Assembly (NCBI GenBank): GCA_964291405.2
Contig: OZ219926.1
Location: forward strand, 3,552,001-3,616,000
Direction of reading: 5' to 3'
Length of the DNA: 64,000 nt
Source: Thermodesulfobacteriota bacterium
Lineage (GTDB): Bacteria > Desulfobacterota > Binatia > Bin18
Each line of letters begins with the position of its first letter. Position 1 is the first letter of the stretch. Shown here one piece after another: positions 27,237 through 37,062 of this stretch. Position numbers and translations under genes: made by a program. The notes beneath the pieces are model-generated. The model ran no database searches, was not told the DNA's origin, and saw only the letters and a program-made list of their open reading frames with translations.

Positions 27237-29158
27237 TCAATCGCTAACGTTTTCCTCTAAGCCGGCCTCCCGAAAGGCGGCCAGGATACGTTCGAGGTCG
27301 GCGGGGTCTTTATACGGAAGCGCCTGGGTCATGGTTGTGAACGAGAAGTTGGGGCTGAGGCGGAGAATCTCCGTTGCCAGCGCTCGGGCTTCTTCAAGAC
27401 GGCCCAAATCAACCGAGGCCAGGAGCAGATTATAATAGGCCGGCAGAAAATCCGGGTTGTGGGCGAGCGCGCGTTTTAAGACGGCTATGGATTCTTCAGT
27501 CTGACCGAGCACACGGTAGGTATGCCCCAGGAAGTGCAGATAGATAAACGGATAGCGGGGGTTGAGGCGGATGGCTTGTTGGATGAGTCGAAGGGCCTCC
27601 TGTGGTCGCCCAACGAAAGTCAGCGCGCTCCCGAACCAGGCATAATTGTCCGCATCGTTCGGGCCGAGAGCCACCGCCCGCTCAAGCTCGCTAATCGCCC
27701 GCTCATGCTGCTTCTCGAACAGATAGATATAGCCCAATAACCGATGCGCGACGGGCAAGGAGTCGTCCAGGGCCACCGCCCGCCGCACGAGCGCATGCGC
27801 GCGCTGTGGGACCTGGGGGTCTTGCTCCCACTGCATGATGAAGCCGAAGAAATCTGCCCAGCCCAGCCAGGCATAGGCCGCGGCATACTGCGCGTCCAGG
27901 GCGATGGCCTGCTCAAACAAACGGCGGGCCTGGACCAGCGATTCCTGCGTTGTGCGCCAGAGATAGCTTTCCCCGCGCAAAACGAAATCGTAGGCTTGGA
28001 GGTTATCGGTCGATCTTTGGACCAAACGGGTTTGTTCGTCCGCGGTCAGGGTGATGTGGAGGGCCTGGACAATTTGCTGTGTGATCTGATCCTGGAGGGT
28101 AAAGATATCCTGCATTTCGCCGTCATAGCGCTCCGCCCAGACATGACCGCCAGTGGTGGCGTCTAATAACTGAGCATTGATACGAACCCGGTCATTGGCT
28201 CGGCGCACACTCCCTTCCAAAACATAACGGACGCCCAAGTCGCGCCCGACCTGCTCAACATCGACCGCTCGACCCTTATAGGTAAACGAGGAATTGCGGG
28301 CGATGACAAATAGGCCAGAGATTTTTGAGAGGTCGGTAATAATGTCTTCGGTGATGCCGTCGCTGAAATACTCCTGCTCCGGCTCGCCGCTCATATTCGT
28401 AAAGGGCAGTATGGCAATCGAGGGTTTGTCGGGTAGCGGTAGGCGCGGTGGATTCCAGAAGGCTGACGATGATAAGAGCGGGTACCAGTCTTTGAGGGCA
28501 AAAGCGCCAAGGCCGAGAATCACAAGGACGACCAGACCGAGGGTGATCAGCGATCCGGGTCCTGGGGGTTTTGGTTCCAGGGGGGGAGGTCGTTGTCGAG
28601 TGTGGGCGGCGCGAGGTCTACCGCCTCCCAGCGCACCTGATAGACCTGAATGGGCTTGGCGATATTCTTCACCCTCTGCTCGCCCTGATATGTGAACACC
28701 AAGTCGAGCTTGTTTGCTATCTGTTCATGCACGGCGCCCGAGATACAGATACCTCCCCCTTCAGCCAGGCTTTCCAAACGGGCCGCGATGTTGACCCCAT
28801 CTCCGTAAATACGCTCATCCTCAACCACCACGTCGCCGACGTTGATACCCATGCGGTAGTGCATCTGTCGGTCTGCCGGAAGCTCGGCGTTCCGCACGGC
28901 AAGCTCAGTCTGCACCTCAACTGCGCATTGCACCGCGTCAACCACGCTCGAAAACTCGGCCAGGAGATTATCGCCGGGGGAATCGACCACCCGGCCGGCA
29001 TGGTGCTGAATGGTCTGGGTCATCAGCTCCCGATATGCGGTCAGCGTCCGAATCGTGGCAACCTCATCATCACCCATGAGGCGACTATAGCCTTGGACAT
29101 CGGCGCTCAGGATGGCGGCGAGTTTGCGCCTGACGGCGGACGGGTCTCTCTCTGACAT
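27237..29158 (-). pseudogene. Class III adenylate/guanylate cyclase-TM-TolB-like-TPR protein, frameshifted near the G7 run 28580-28586
   Basis: 29158..28547 encodes the cyclase (RRKLAAILSADV, GD, GDGVNIAARLE). The TM helix, PDKPSIAILPF.N, ARNSSF and TPRs are in the -1 frame. One extra base in the run restores a ~640-aa ORF. Confidence 0.8.
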
Positions 29159-29265
29159 AAGCGGTGGTCGCGTTCCGGGGTGAACTGCTCGTGCTGAACT
29201 GGCAAAAGCTCCTGCCAAAAGGTAGCATAGCCGCAGACACGACTGAAGGCATCGAGGGAAACAGC

Positions 29266-29946
29266 ATGGCAACCTATGTGATTATTGGAGCCGACCGAGG
29301 CATTGCAAATGCGCTGTGTCTGCAATTATGCGAGCGCGGGGAGAATGTGATTGCCGCCTGTTTGGATGACTCGCCCGCCTTGGTAGCAAAGGGTGCGCGC
29401 GTCGAGACGGGCGTCGATGTGACGTCGGACTCGGCGGTCCACGCTCTGGCCCAGCGCTTGATCGGTACGCATGTGGACGTGCTTATCCATGTAGCCGGGA
29501 TCTATCTGGACGACAGCCTCGAAGCCTTACCCATTGCCAACGTGCAACGCCAGATTGAAGTCAATGCGCTGGGACCCTTGCGCGTTGTCCACGCCCTCCA
29601 GTCCTGCCTCGGTCACGGCGCAAAAATAGGCATTGTGACCAGCCGGATGGGCTCGATTACCGACAACACCTCGGGCCGGCTGTACGGCTATCGGATGTCC
29701 AAGGCTGCGGCCAATATGTTGGGGGCAGCGCTGGCCCAGGACCTCAAAGAGCGCGGAATCGCGGTGGCCTTACTCCACCCTGGGATGGTCAATACCCAAC
29801 TGGTGCCCAATCTCCCCGAGAGTGCGCGCAGCCAACTGATTGAACCCGAGCAGGCGGCACGCGGCCTGCTTGCCCGGATGGATGCGCTCACCCTGGAAAC
29901 AACCGGAAAGTTCTGGCACGCCAACGGCGAAGTGCTGCCCTGGTAG
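29266..29946 (+). CDS. SDR oxidoreductase (CsgA/C-factor-like)
   Basis: GADRGIA, VNALGPL, TSRMGSI, YRMSK and LHPGMV. Confidence 0.88.
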   Translation: MATYVIIGADRGIANALCLQLCERGENVIAACLDDSPALVAKGARVETGVDVTSDSAVHALAQRLIGTHVDVLIHVAGIYLDDSLEALPIANVQRQIEVNALGPLRVVHALQSCLGHGAKIGIVTSRMGSITDNTSGRLYGYRMSKAAANMLGAALAQDLKERGIAVALLHPGMVNTQLVPNLPESARSQLIEPEQAARGLLARMDALTLETTGKFWHANGEVLPW

Positions 29947-30009
29947 GGGCGGCGGGACCGGTCAGATTGAGCTGCCCTGTCCTGAAGTAATAGCCCCCTG
30001 CCACGGTCG

Positions 30010-30777
30010 TTAGGCAAACGTCGCGGACACGCTGCCAAACGAGGAAAAGGTAGTTTCCCAGGCATCGCCCTTTTCAATGGGTGTCGGCTTGGTCATCGAA
30101 CCGGTCATAATGTACTGGCCCGCCTCCAAGGCCAGATCGAATTGCGCCAGATGGTTCGCCAGCCAGGCAACCGTCTGCAACTGATCGTCAATTGCATCTT
30201 CGCCCTGTACACTGGCCACGACCTCGCCGTTTCGCCTGGTTTCCGCGGTCATGGCTCCGAGGTCCACATCCGCCGGGTAGGGTCTGACCTCAGGGCCTGT
30301 CACAAATCCCCACTGCGCTACCCCATCGGCAACACCGAGCGGGAGGTCCGCGCCAATATTGAGCCGCATGTCCACTAACTCCAGAGCCGGAGCGGCACCG
30401 GCCACGGCAGCCAAAGCCTGCTCGCGAGTGACGCCAGGACCTTTCAATTTCTGCCCCATGATGATGCACAGCTCAGATTCAATAATCGGCTTGCGAAAGT
30501 CGGCACAGTTAAAGCTGCCTCCGCTCTGAAACCGACGGCTGGCCAGTAGATAGGCACTGATCGGGGCATCGAGACCAAACATCTGACGGGTAGCATCGGA
30601 CGAGAGACCGACCTTCCAGCCCGCGAGTTGTTCGCCCGCGCTCAGGTGCCGTTCCAGAATCGCCAGTTGAATCTGATAGGCATTCTCAAAATTCAAGGCC
30701 TTTTCCAAACCGGGAGGCGGATACTGCCCGCTCTGGATAGCCTGCCACAGGGTTTCCACCGCTTCGTTGATATTCAT
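30010..30777 (-). CDS. 2-keto-4-pentenoate hydratase-like (MhpD/FAH superfamily)
   Basis: AYQIQ, GWKVGLSS, IESE, APALELVD, WLAN.L and IMTGS. Confidence 0.88.
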   Translation of the reverse strand: MNINEAVETLWQAIQSGQYPPPGLEKALNFENAYQIQLAILERHLSAGEQLAGWKVGLSSDATRQMFGLDAPISAYLLASRRFQSGGSFNCADFRKPIIESELCIIMGQKLKGPGVTREQALAAVAGAAPALELVDMRLNIGADLPLGVADGVAQWGFVTGPEVRPYPADVDLGAMTAETRRNGEVVASVQGEDAIDDQLQTVAWLANHLAQFDLALEAGQYIMTGSMTKPTPIEKGDAWETTFSSFGSVSATFA

Positions 30778-30823
30778 CGGCTGCTCCTTTTTCTGGAAAG
30801 TCTTTTGAGACCCGGTACCTGGG

Positions 30824-31837
30824 TCACGTAATAAACTCGGCTGACGGATGCGCGCGCGGATAGTCCCGTAAGTACTGGAAGAATTTGCTCAGGGCTTTAT
30901 CACTCTTTGTCAGTGTGCCGGGCTGAAAATGAATGGTTTGCATAATGGGCACATCCTCCCCCACAACTTTTTTTTCGAGCTGCATGGCGAATTGGAGGAA
31001 GGCTTCGGTTGAGGCGGCATCGCTGTCCGACTTGCGGGCAACGACAATCATATAGGTTGTTGTCCGACCCGGACGGGGCAGGCCAAAAGGAGCCAAGAAG
31101 CCAAACCAGCGCCCATCAAAGATGCTGCTCTGATAGAAGATGCTGGTGCCATAAATACCAATCCGATATTCAATCGGCTCGCCATTGGCGTGGCGGCCTT
31201 TGAAATCGTACAGCATGGAGTGGGCCGTCCACTCGATATCTTCATCCGGGTCTTCCTGGTCAAACGTGACGCCATGCAGGGCTTTGATATGCTGCATGTC
31301 CGGCGTGTTGCAGCACAAGACCCACGGATCGACTGGGAGAACCGCCTCAATCGCCTCAACCTGTATGGCGAGTTCATCCTCGGGATACGGGAAGTCCGGT
31401 AGCGCAAAGAGCGCTGTTTCGCCATTAAAGGCCCAGATCAGGCCATATTTTTCGGCTGTGGGAAAGTGAAACAAACAGGCGCCGGGTGGTGGCGGGTCGC
31501 CAATGCCCGTTTTGACGCACACGCCGCGTTGGTCGTACTGCCAGTGATGAAAAGCGCAGCGAATGGTATTGCCTAGTACCTCACCCACGGAGAGGTCTGC
31601 GCCAACGTGTGGACAGTAGGCGCTCAGCACCTGAGCCCTGCCGTTCCCCCCGCGGAAAATAACGACCCGTCCGTCAAGAAAATCCACACCCCGGACCTGA
31701 CCTTTGGCCACTTGGCTTGAGAGACATAGGGGGAACCAGGATTGCGTGAATAGCCCGTTTGCGCCCTCAGCCGGGATGGGACGGCCAAGAAAACGCCGGC
31801 GCGGCTTAAGAGGCGCGCCGATAGAAGCAGTGGCCAT
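30824..31837 (-). CDS. Rieske [2Fe-2S] monooxygenase (KshA/VanA-like)
   Basis: CPHVGADL...CAFHHW and mononuclear iron motif NTPDMQHIKALH. Confidence 0.9.
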   Translation of the reverse strand: MATASIGAPLKPRRRFLGRPIPAEGANGLFTQSWFPLCLSSQVAKGQVRGVDFLDGRVVIFRGGNGRAQVLSAYCPHVGADLSVGEVLGNTIRCAFHHWQYDQRGVCVKTGIGDPPPPGACLFHFPTAEKYGLIWAFNGETALFALPDFPYPEDELAIQVEAIEAVLPVDPWVLCCNTPDMQHIKALHGVTFDQEDPDEDIEWTAHSMLYDFKGRHANGEPIEYRIGIYGTSIFYQSSIFDGRWFGFLAPFGLPRPGRTTTYMIVVARKSDSDAASTEAFLQFAMQLEKKVVGEDVPIMQTIHFQPGTLTKSDKALSKFFQYLRDYPRAHPSAEFIT

Positions 31838-31852
31838 AATGCTCCCCTTCTT

Positions 31853-32134
31853 TTATGCCGGCCCGCCAAAGAGGGGATGCAACAGGACCGGTGTGACCTC
31901 AAACTCCAGATAGCGCGCCAGGGGCAGGCTGGAGAAAATCTGGTGGACCTCTTCGTTTGAGTCTGCATCGACAATAAAGAACGATCCCCCACCGCCGAGC
32001 CGACGGTAAGCCGCCAGGATTTTCTTTTGCTCAATAAATTGGCGCGCATGGGCCATTTCTTTTTGGATGAGTTCGGCAGCCTGATCTTCGGGAATCTGCG
32101 ACCGAAGAATTTTGGTTGTGACAACATAGAGCAT
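31853..32134 (-). CDS. Muconolactone delta-isomerase family protein
   Basis: 93 aa with DADSNEEVHQIFSSLPL..YLEFEVTPV..HP. Confidence 0.82.
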   Translation of the reverse strand: MLYVVTTKILRSQIPEDQAAELIQKEMAHARQFIEQKKILAAYRRLGGGGSFFIVDADSNEEVHQIFSSLPLARYLEFEVTPVLLHPLFGGPA

Positions 32135-32179
32135 GGCCTGTCTCCTTTCCTGTGAAATATGAAAAACTGCTGCAGCTAT

Positions 32180-33025
32180 TTAGCGGAATGTCGCCATGAT
32201 GTCCTGGGCAAAATGACGCAGGAGTTGGGGCTCGGTTGACGGGGAGACCGAGAAGACAATATGGGTCACACCCACGGCAAGATAGCCTTCAATCAGCTTG
32301 CGCATATTGTGATCGGAGGAGAAGGTCGTCGAGATCAGGACGGACTTCTCAATCTCGTCCGGGTCTCGGTCGATATGCGAGCAGTGGTCGGCCAGAACCT
32401 CGATCTTATGCCGAAAGGTCTCCGGCGTGCCGAAGCTGTTCCACATGTCCGCGTGACGCGCCACAATACCCAAAGCGACCTTTTCCCCACCGGCCCCAAC
32501 CAGGATCGGCGGGTGCGGCTGCTGGATCGGTTTTGGCTCAAAGGGCGCATCGTGCAAATGGTGATGGCGCCCCGTAAAATTCGCTCGCTCCCGCGTCCAG
32601 AGGTGCTTAATCAGGGTGATTGACTCGTCCAGGCTGATCAGCCGCTCCCCGGTTGTGGGAAAGGGAATATCGTAGGCCTCGTGCTCCAACGCAAACCAGC
32701 CGCTGCCAATCCCGAAAATCAGCCGTCCGTTGCTAATGATGTCCACCGTTGTCGCCATCTTGGCCAGGACAGCCGGGTGGCGATAGGTATTGCCCGTCAC
32801 CATGACGCCCAGGCGTACCCGCTGGGTTGCCATAGCCAGAGCCGATAAGGCGGTCCAGCCTTCCAGGCACGGGCCGGTTGGATCGGAAAAAATCGGTAGA
32901 AAGTGATCGAAGACCCAGGCTGTATCAAATCCCAGACTGTCTGCTTCTTGCCACAGCCTGAGCATATCGTTCCAGTCCCCGTTTTGTTGTGGAACCTGAA
33001 TGCCGAAGCGGACTGGGTGTGACAT
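32180..33025 (-). CDS. LLM class F420-dependent oxidoreductase (Rv1855c-like)
   Basis: WVFDHF, EGWTALSAL, VTGNTYRHPAVLAKMATTVD and GAGGEK. Confidence 0.9.
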   Translation of the reverse strand: MSHPVRFGIQVPQQNGDWNDMLRLWQEADSLGFDTAWVFDHFLPIFSDPTGPCLEGWTALSALAMATQRVRLGVMVTGNTYRHPAVLAKMATTVDIISNGRLIFGIGSGWFALEHEAYDIPFPTTGERLISLDESITLIKHLWTRERANFTGRHHHLHDAPFEPKPIQQPHPPILVGAGGEKVALGIVARHADMWNSFGTPETFRHKIEVLADHCSHIDRDPDEIEKSVLISTTFSSDHNMRKLIEGYLAVGVTHIVFSVSPSTEPQLLRHFAQDIMATFR

Positions 33026-33038
33026 GAGGGGCCCTTTC

Positions 33039-34253
33039 TTAGAATTCCTTGAGGGCGCGGATCGTGTCTTCATCGTACATGGCTATCCCGAAGGCGGTTT
33101 TGCCGAGGAGTTCCAGGGTCTCGTCGCTGTCGAAAGGGTGGAATAGGCCAGCCCGCACATCACGATAATAGCGTTCTAAGGGCAAGCGCTTAAAATACGA
33201 AGCACCTCCCACAGCCCGCATGGCGAGGTCAACCACGCGAGCGGAGTTCTCCATGGCGACCATCCTGGCAGCCACACTTTTGCGCAGCCAGGTACGGGGC
33301 GCTTCCCGGTCGGCCTCGGTCGCGGCTTTCCACAGACCGGCCCGGGCCGCTTCCAGCAGCATGTCCATCTCGCCGACTTTGGTATAGACACTCGGCAGAT
33401 GACTCATTGGTGTGTTGAGCGGAAAACGCGGCCGGTCACGCATAAACTCTACCACAAAATTACGGGCCGCAGTGGCAATGCCGATATACACGCTGCCGAT
33501 GGTAAACGGCGCGCGCGGGAACAGATTGGTTATCCCGCCGCGAGTGACTACCGGACGCTCCAAGAAGACCGCGGATTCCGGAATAAAGGCATCTTTGAGT
33601 TCGGTACTTCTCGACTCGGTTGAGCGCATGCCCATGGTATGCCAGTCGTCTTTGATGATGAAACCCGGTGTGTCGCGCGGAATCAGAAAGGTAATAATCG
33701 TCCCGGTCTGCTTGCCGTCGTGGACACCTTCCTTCCAGGTCGCTTCTGCAAAATATCGATCGAGCGCAATAGACTGGGTGCTGAAGATCTTACGTCCGCT
33801 CACCCGCCAGCCGCCGTCCACCCGTTCTGCCGTAGTCCGCGGACGAAGAATGGAAACCGCGTTGTCCGGCTCGGAACCCGAGCCGCCGATAATGAGCCGC
33901 TCAGCGGCGATCTGACGCAGCATGGCTTCGACGGGAGCCGGACGCTCCCGCTGCCAGAGGTTGATGAGGAGGCTCATCACATTGAAATGCATATTGATGG
34001 CCAGCGCCGTCGGACCGCAGCCCTGGGCCAGCCGTTCCTGCGCTTTGATCCGTTCCAAGAGGTTGGCGCCCATGCCGCCCAACTCTTCGGGTATGGTCAG
34101 CACGCTGTAGCCGGTCTCTTTCAGCCGCTCGTAATTCTCATACGGAAAAGAGCCTTCTTCATCGTGCTGGGCCGCGCGTGTGGCAAAGTCGTCGGCTAAG
34201 GTGGCCGCGAGGTCTATGAAGCGCTGTTCCCGCTCGGTGTGGAACTGCTGCAT
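33039..34253 (-). CDS. Acyl-CoA dehydrogenase-fold flavoprotein (possibly monooxygenase)
   Basis: PEELGG.G, SEP, GRKIFST, W.TMGMRSTES and LERYYRDVRAG. A second in-frame start at 34334 results from the duplication. Confidence 0.88.
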   Translation of the reverse strand: MQQFHTEREQRFIDLAATLADDFATRAAQHDEEGSFPYENYERLKETGYSVLTIPEELGGMGANLLERIKAQERLAQGCGPTALAINMHFNVMSLLINLWQRERPAPVEAMLRQIAAERLIIGGSGSEPDNAVSILRPRTTAERVDGGWRVSGRKIFSTQSIALDRYFAEATWKEGVHDGKQTGTIITFLIPRDTPGFIIKDDWHTMGMRSTESRSTELKDAFIPESAVFLERPVVTRGGITNLFPRAPFTIGSVYIGIATAARNFVVEFMRDRPRFPLNTPMSHLPSVYTKVGEMDMLLEAARAGLWKAATEADREAPRTWLRKSVAARMVAMENSARVVDLAMRAVGGASYFKRLPLERYYRDVRAGLFHPFDSDETLELLGKTAFGIAMYDEDTIRALKEF

Positions 34254-34405
34254 GCATCCCCTCCTGTGTTCCTGGTTACGATCACTATCATTCTGTATGA
34301 GATGGGGTAAGTCGGGGTGTCTGCACTGCTGCATGCATCCCCTCCTGTGTTCCTGGTTACGATCACTATCATTCTGTATGAGATGGGGTAAGTCGGGGTG
34401 TCTGC
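34244..34405. repeat. Exact 81-bp tandem duplication (two copies)
   Basis: 34244-34324 equals 34325-34405 (ACTGCTGCATGCATCCCCTCC...GGGGTGTCTGC). Confidence 0.95.
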
Positions 34406-34455
34406 ATTGACAGTCCGTACGGGCATATCATACCAAGGCTCGAGTAGGAGGCAGC

Positions 34456-35182
34456 ATGTCCACATTTGTCCTGGTTCATGGCTCATGGCACGACGGCTCT
34501 GCCTGGGAGCCGGTGTGTGCTCACCTGGCGGAGAAAGGTCATCAGGCATTCAGTCCCGACCATAGCCGGCCACGGCAAAGGCGTTGATAAAAACGTCAAT
34601 CACGCCCAGTGCACGCAGTCGATTATCGACTTCATCCTTGAAAAAGACCTGCGCGACATTGTCCTGCTCGGCCATAGCTTTGGCGGGACGATTCTCTCCC
34701 AGGTTGCTCCGGCTCTTCCCGAGCGGATTCGACGGCTGATCTTTTGGAACGCGTTTGTGTGCGAGGACGGCAATAGTCTGCTGGATGAGATTCCGGAGCA
34801 CTATCGCGCTCTGTTTGCCGAGTTGGTAACGCAGTCGAGCGATTATACCGTGACCCTGCCGTTCCCGATTTGGCGCGAGGTATTTATCAACGACGCTGAC
34901 CTGGAACTGGCCCAAACGGCCTATGCCCGGCTCTCGCCCGAACCGTATCAGCCGTTTTGCGATACGCTCGACATGAAGCCGTTTCACGCCTTAGACATCC
35001 CCAAGAGTTTTCTGAACTGTACGGAAGACATTGCCCTGCCGCCCGGAGAGTGGGGCTGGCATCCGCGCATGTCAAACCGCCTGGGGCTATATCGGCTGGT
35101 GCAAATGCCGGGCAGCCATGAGGTGATTTTCACCGATCCAATTGGTCTGGCGGAAAAGATTATTGAGGCCGGACGGGATTAG
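34456..35182 (+). pseudogene. Alpha/beta hydrolase (salicylate esterase-like) with a +1 frameshift at ~34555
   Basis: AGGAGG and ATG 34456 give MSTFVLVHGSWHDGSAW...FSP, stopping at 34587. PTIAGHG...GHSFGG...PGSHE continues in the +1 frame. Removing one C of CCC (34555-34557) restores 241 aa. Confidence 0.85.
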
Positions 35183-35236
35183 GGTCTCAGGTGGGTAGCG
35201 GTATGCAATCTCCGTGACCCCCCGAGTTTCGCTCGC

Positions 35237-35845
35237 TCAGGGAACCTTCAGAATATCCAGCATGTTCTCAATCATGTGCTGGGTCGCGCCCCAGATTTTA
35301 TAGCCCTGGTAGCGATAGGTCTGAATGGGAATAGTTGCGCCGTCGTACAGCCAGGTTTCCGCATTCAGGTTGCCGCGGTCGGCGAGAAACGTGAACGGCA
35401 CGGAGAAAATCTCTGCCACTTCCCAGGCGTTGGGTTGAAAATCGTACGGGTGGGGAATCATCCCAACATAGGGCGTGACCACATAGTTGCTGGCCATGGT
35501 GCGCAGGTCGTCCAAGGGGCCAATCGGGTGGACGTCAGACGGGCGCAAGCCTAGCTCTTCTTCGGATTCTCGCAGGGCGGTGTACAGGAGCGACCCATCC
35601 TTTTTGTCCGCTCGTCCACCCGGAAAAGAAACATCGCCTTTGTGAGTCGGGAGGTTGGATGTGCGGAGGGTAAAGAGGAGATGATACTCTCCCGCACGCT
35701 CGAAGAACGGGACCAACACCGCCGCACGTTTGGCGGTCGTATCAGCGTCAACGAACCGGGTTCGACTCTGAAGACGGGTTTCCAGGGTAGCGAGCAGGTC
35801 GGTATGCACTGCTGCCAGCCCATCACATCTGTGGTGGTGAGGCAA
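35237..35845 (-). CDS. Nudix CoA pyrophosphatase (NudL-like)
   Basis: AAVLVP, LFTLR..L.TH.G.VSFPGG, ALRESEEELGL and IWGAT. Start is uncertain (GTG 35809 is possible). Confidence 0.9.
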   Translation of the reverse strand: MPHHHRCDGLAAVHTDLLATLETRLQSRTRFVDADTTAKRAAVLVPFFERAGEYHLLFTLRTSNLPTHKGDVSFPGGRADKKDGSLLYTALRESEEELGLRPSDVHPIGPLDDLRTMASNYVVTPYVGMIPHPYDFQPNAWEVAEIFSVPFTFLADRGNLNAETWLYDGATIPIQTYRYQGYKIWGATQHMIENMLDILKVP

Positions 35846-36003
35846 GGAAGCGTATCCGGTTGGCTTGTGAGGCCCATTCTCAGTTGTTACTTCAGGACTG
35901 GTGCGAGATGGACCGGGCGCTCGAAGGAGACCGGTATGGTCCTTCTCTATAAGCAGTGTCTCAGGAATCTGAGAGGCATAACCAGGTTAAGAGGTTGAAC
36001 AAT

Positions 36004-37041
36004 ATGGAAAACCCGTCAAGCGATAAAATGCGCCTGGGCTTCTGGACGCCAGTGTATGGCAATTGGATCATCTCAAAAGACCCAGACACGATGGATGCCT
36101 CCTTTGAGTATACCAAGCGCCTGACACTGCTGGCCGAAGAGCTGGACTTTGCCACTGTGTTGCTGGCCGAGCATACGTTTAATCCGTTTGGCCCCGAGCT
36201 GAATCAGCAGGACGCTTGGACGACCAGTGCGGCCTTGGCCGCAATTACTAAGAACATTGAACTTATGCCGGCCGTGCGTCCGGCCTTTAAGCATCCGGCA
36301 ACAGTGGCCAAGATGGCCTGTAGTATTGACGAGATTAGTGGTGGCCGAGCCGCGCTTAACCTTGTGACTGGCTGGTGGCAACGTGAATGGGAGGCGATGG
36401 GATTACCACCCATGCCGCACGATGATCGCTATGTCCGATCTGAAGAATTTCTCACCATTCTCAAAGGACTGTGGACCCAGCCGCATTTTAGTTTTGAAGG
36501 ACGCTATTATCAGATCGACGATATTACCCTGACGCCGCCTCCCATTCGTAAACCACATCCGACCATTTACTTTGGTGGAGAGTCTGACGTGGCTCAGCGT
36601 TTGGCGGCAAAGCTCGCCGATGTGTATCTCATAAACGGACGTCCAGTAGATGAAACAAAGACGTTGGTCGATCAAGTTCGTGCCTCTGCGGCAGAACAGG
36701 GCCGTGAGGTACAGTTTGGTATGAGCGCGTTCGTGATCTGCCGTGACTCAACGACGGCAGCGCAAGAAGAACACGCCCGGCTGCATAGCCTACGCTATGA
36801 AGAACCGATCGCTGGCGTTGACCGTAAAGCTGTCATGACTCGGACGTACGGATACGCAGTCGGCCATATTGGTACAAACGGCGGAACAGCCGCCGGCATG
36901 GTGGGTACTCCTCAACAGATCGCCGATCAGTTCCGTGCCTTTCAAGACATTGGCGTGACCACTTTTCTCCTCCAGTTTCATCCCATGTTGGAAGAGATGG
37001 AACGCTTTGGGGAATACGTTATTCCGCGTCTCTGTGTGTAA
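36004..37041 (+). CDS. LLM class monooxygenase (SsuD/SfnG-like)
   Basis: AVRP, AKMA.SID.ISGGR..LNLVTGW, HDDRY..SEEF, YFGGES and VGTPQQIA. Confidence 0.88.
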   Translation: MENPSSDKMRLGFWTPVYGNWIISKDPDTMDASFEYTKRLTLLAEELDFATVLLAEHTFNPFGPELNQQDAWTTSAALAAITKNIELMPAVRPAFKHPATVAKMACSIDEISGGRAALNLVTGWWQREWEAMGLPPMPHDDRYVRSEEFLTILKGLWTQPHFSFEGRYYQIDDITLTPPPIRKPHPTIYFGGESDVAQRLAAKLADVYLINGRPVDETKTLVDQVRASAAEQGREVQFGMSAFVICRDSTTAAQEEHARLHSLRYEEPIAGVDRKAVMTRTYGYAVGHIGTNGGTAAGMVGTPQQIADQFRAFQDIGVTTFLLQFHPMLEEMERFGEYVIPRLCV

Positions 37042-37062
37042 CGGAACGCTTCCACCCCCTTT

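Noticed and set aside
29943-29977. GTAG-GGGCGGC...GCTGCCC REP-like hairpin
   Set aside because: The GTAG includes the SDR stop codon, the loop is long, and there is no second copy in the window.
34244-34405. Possible CRISPR array
   Set aside because: Two adjacent identical 81-bp copies with no spacers and no cas genes.
34407-34436. Perfect TTGACA upstream of the esterase
   Set aside because: No convincing -10 box at 16-18 nt spacing, so it is not called as a promoter.
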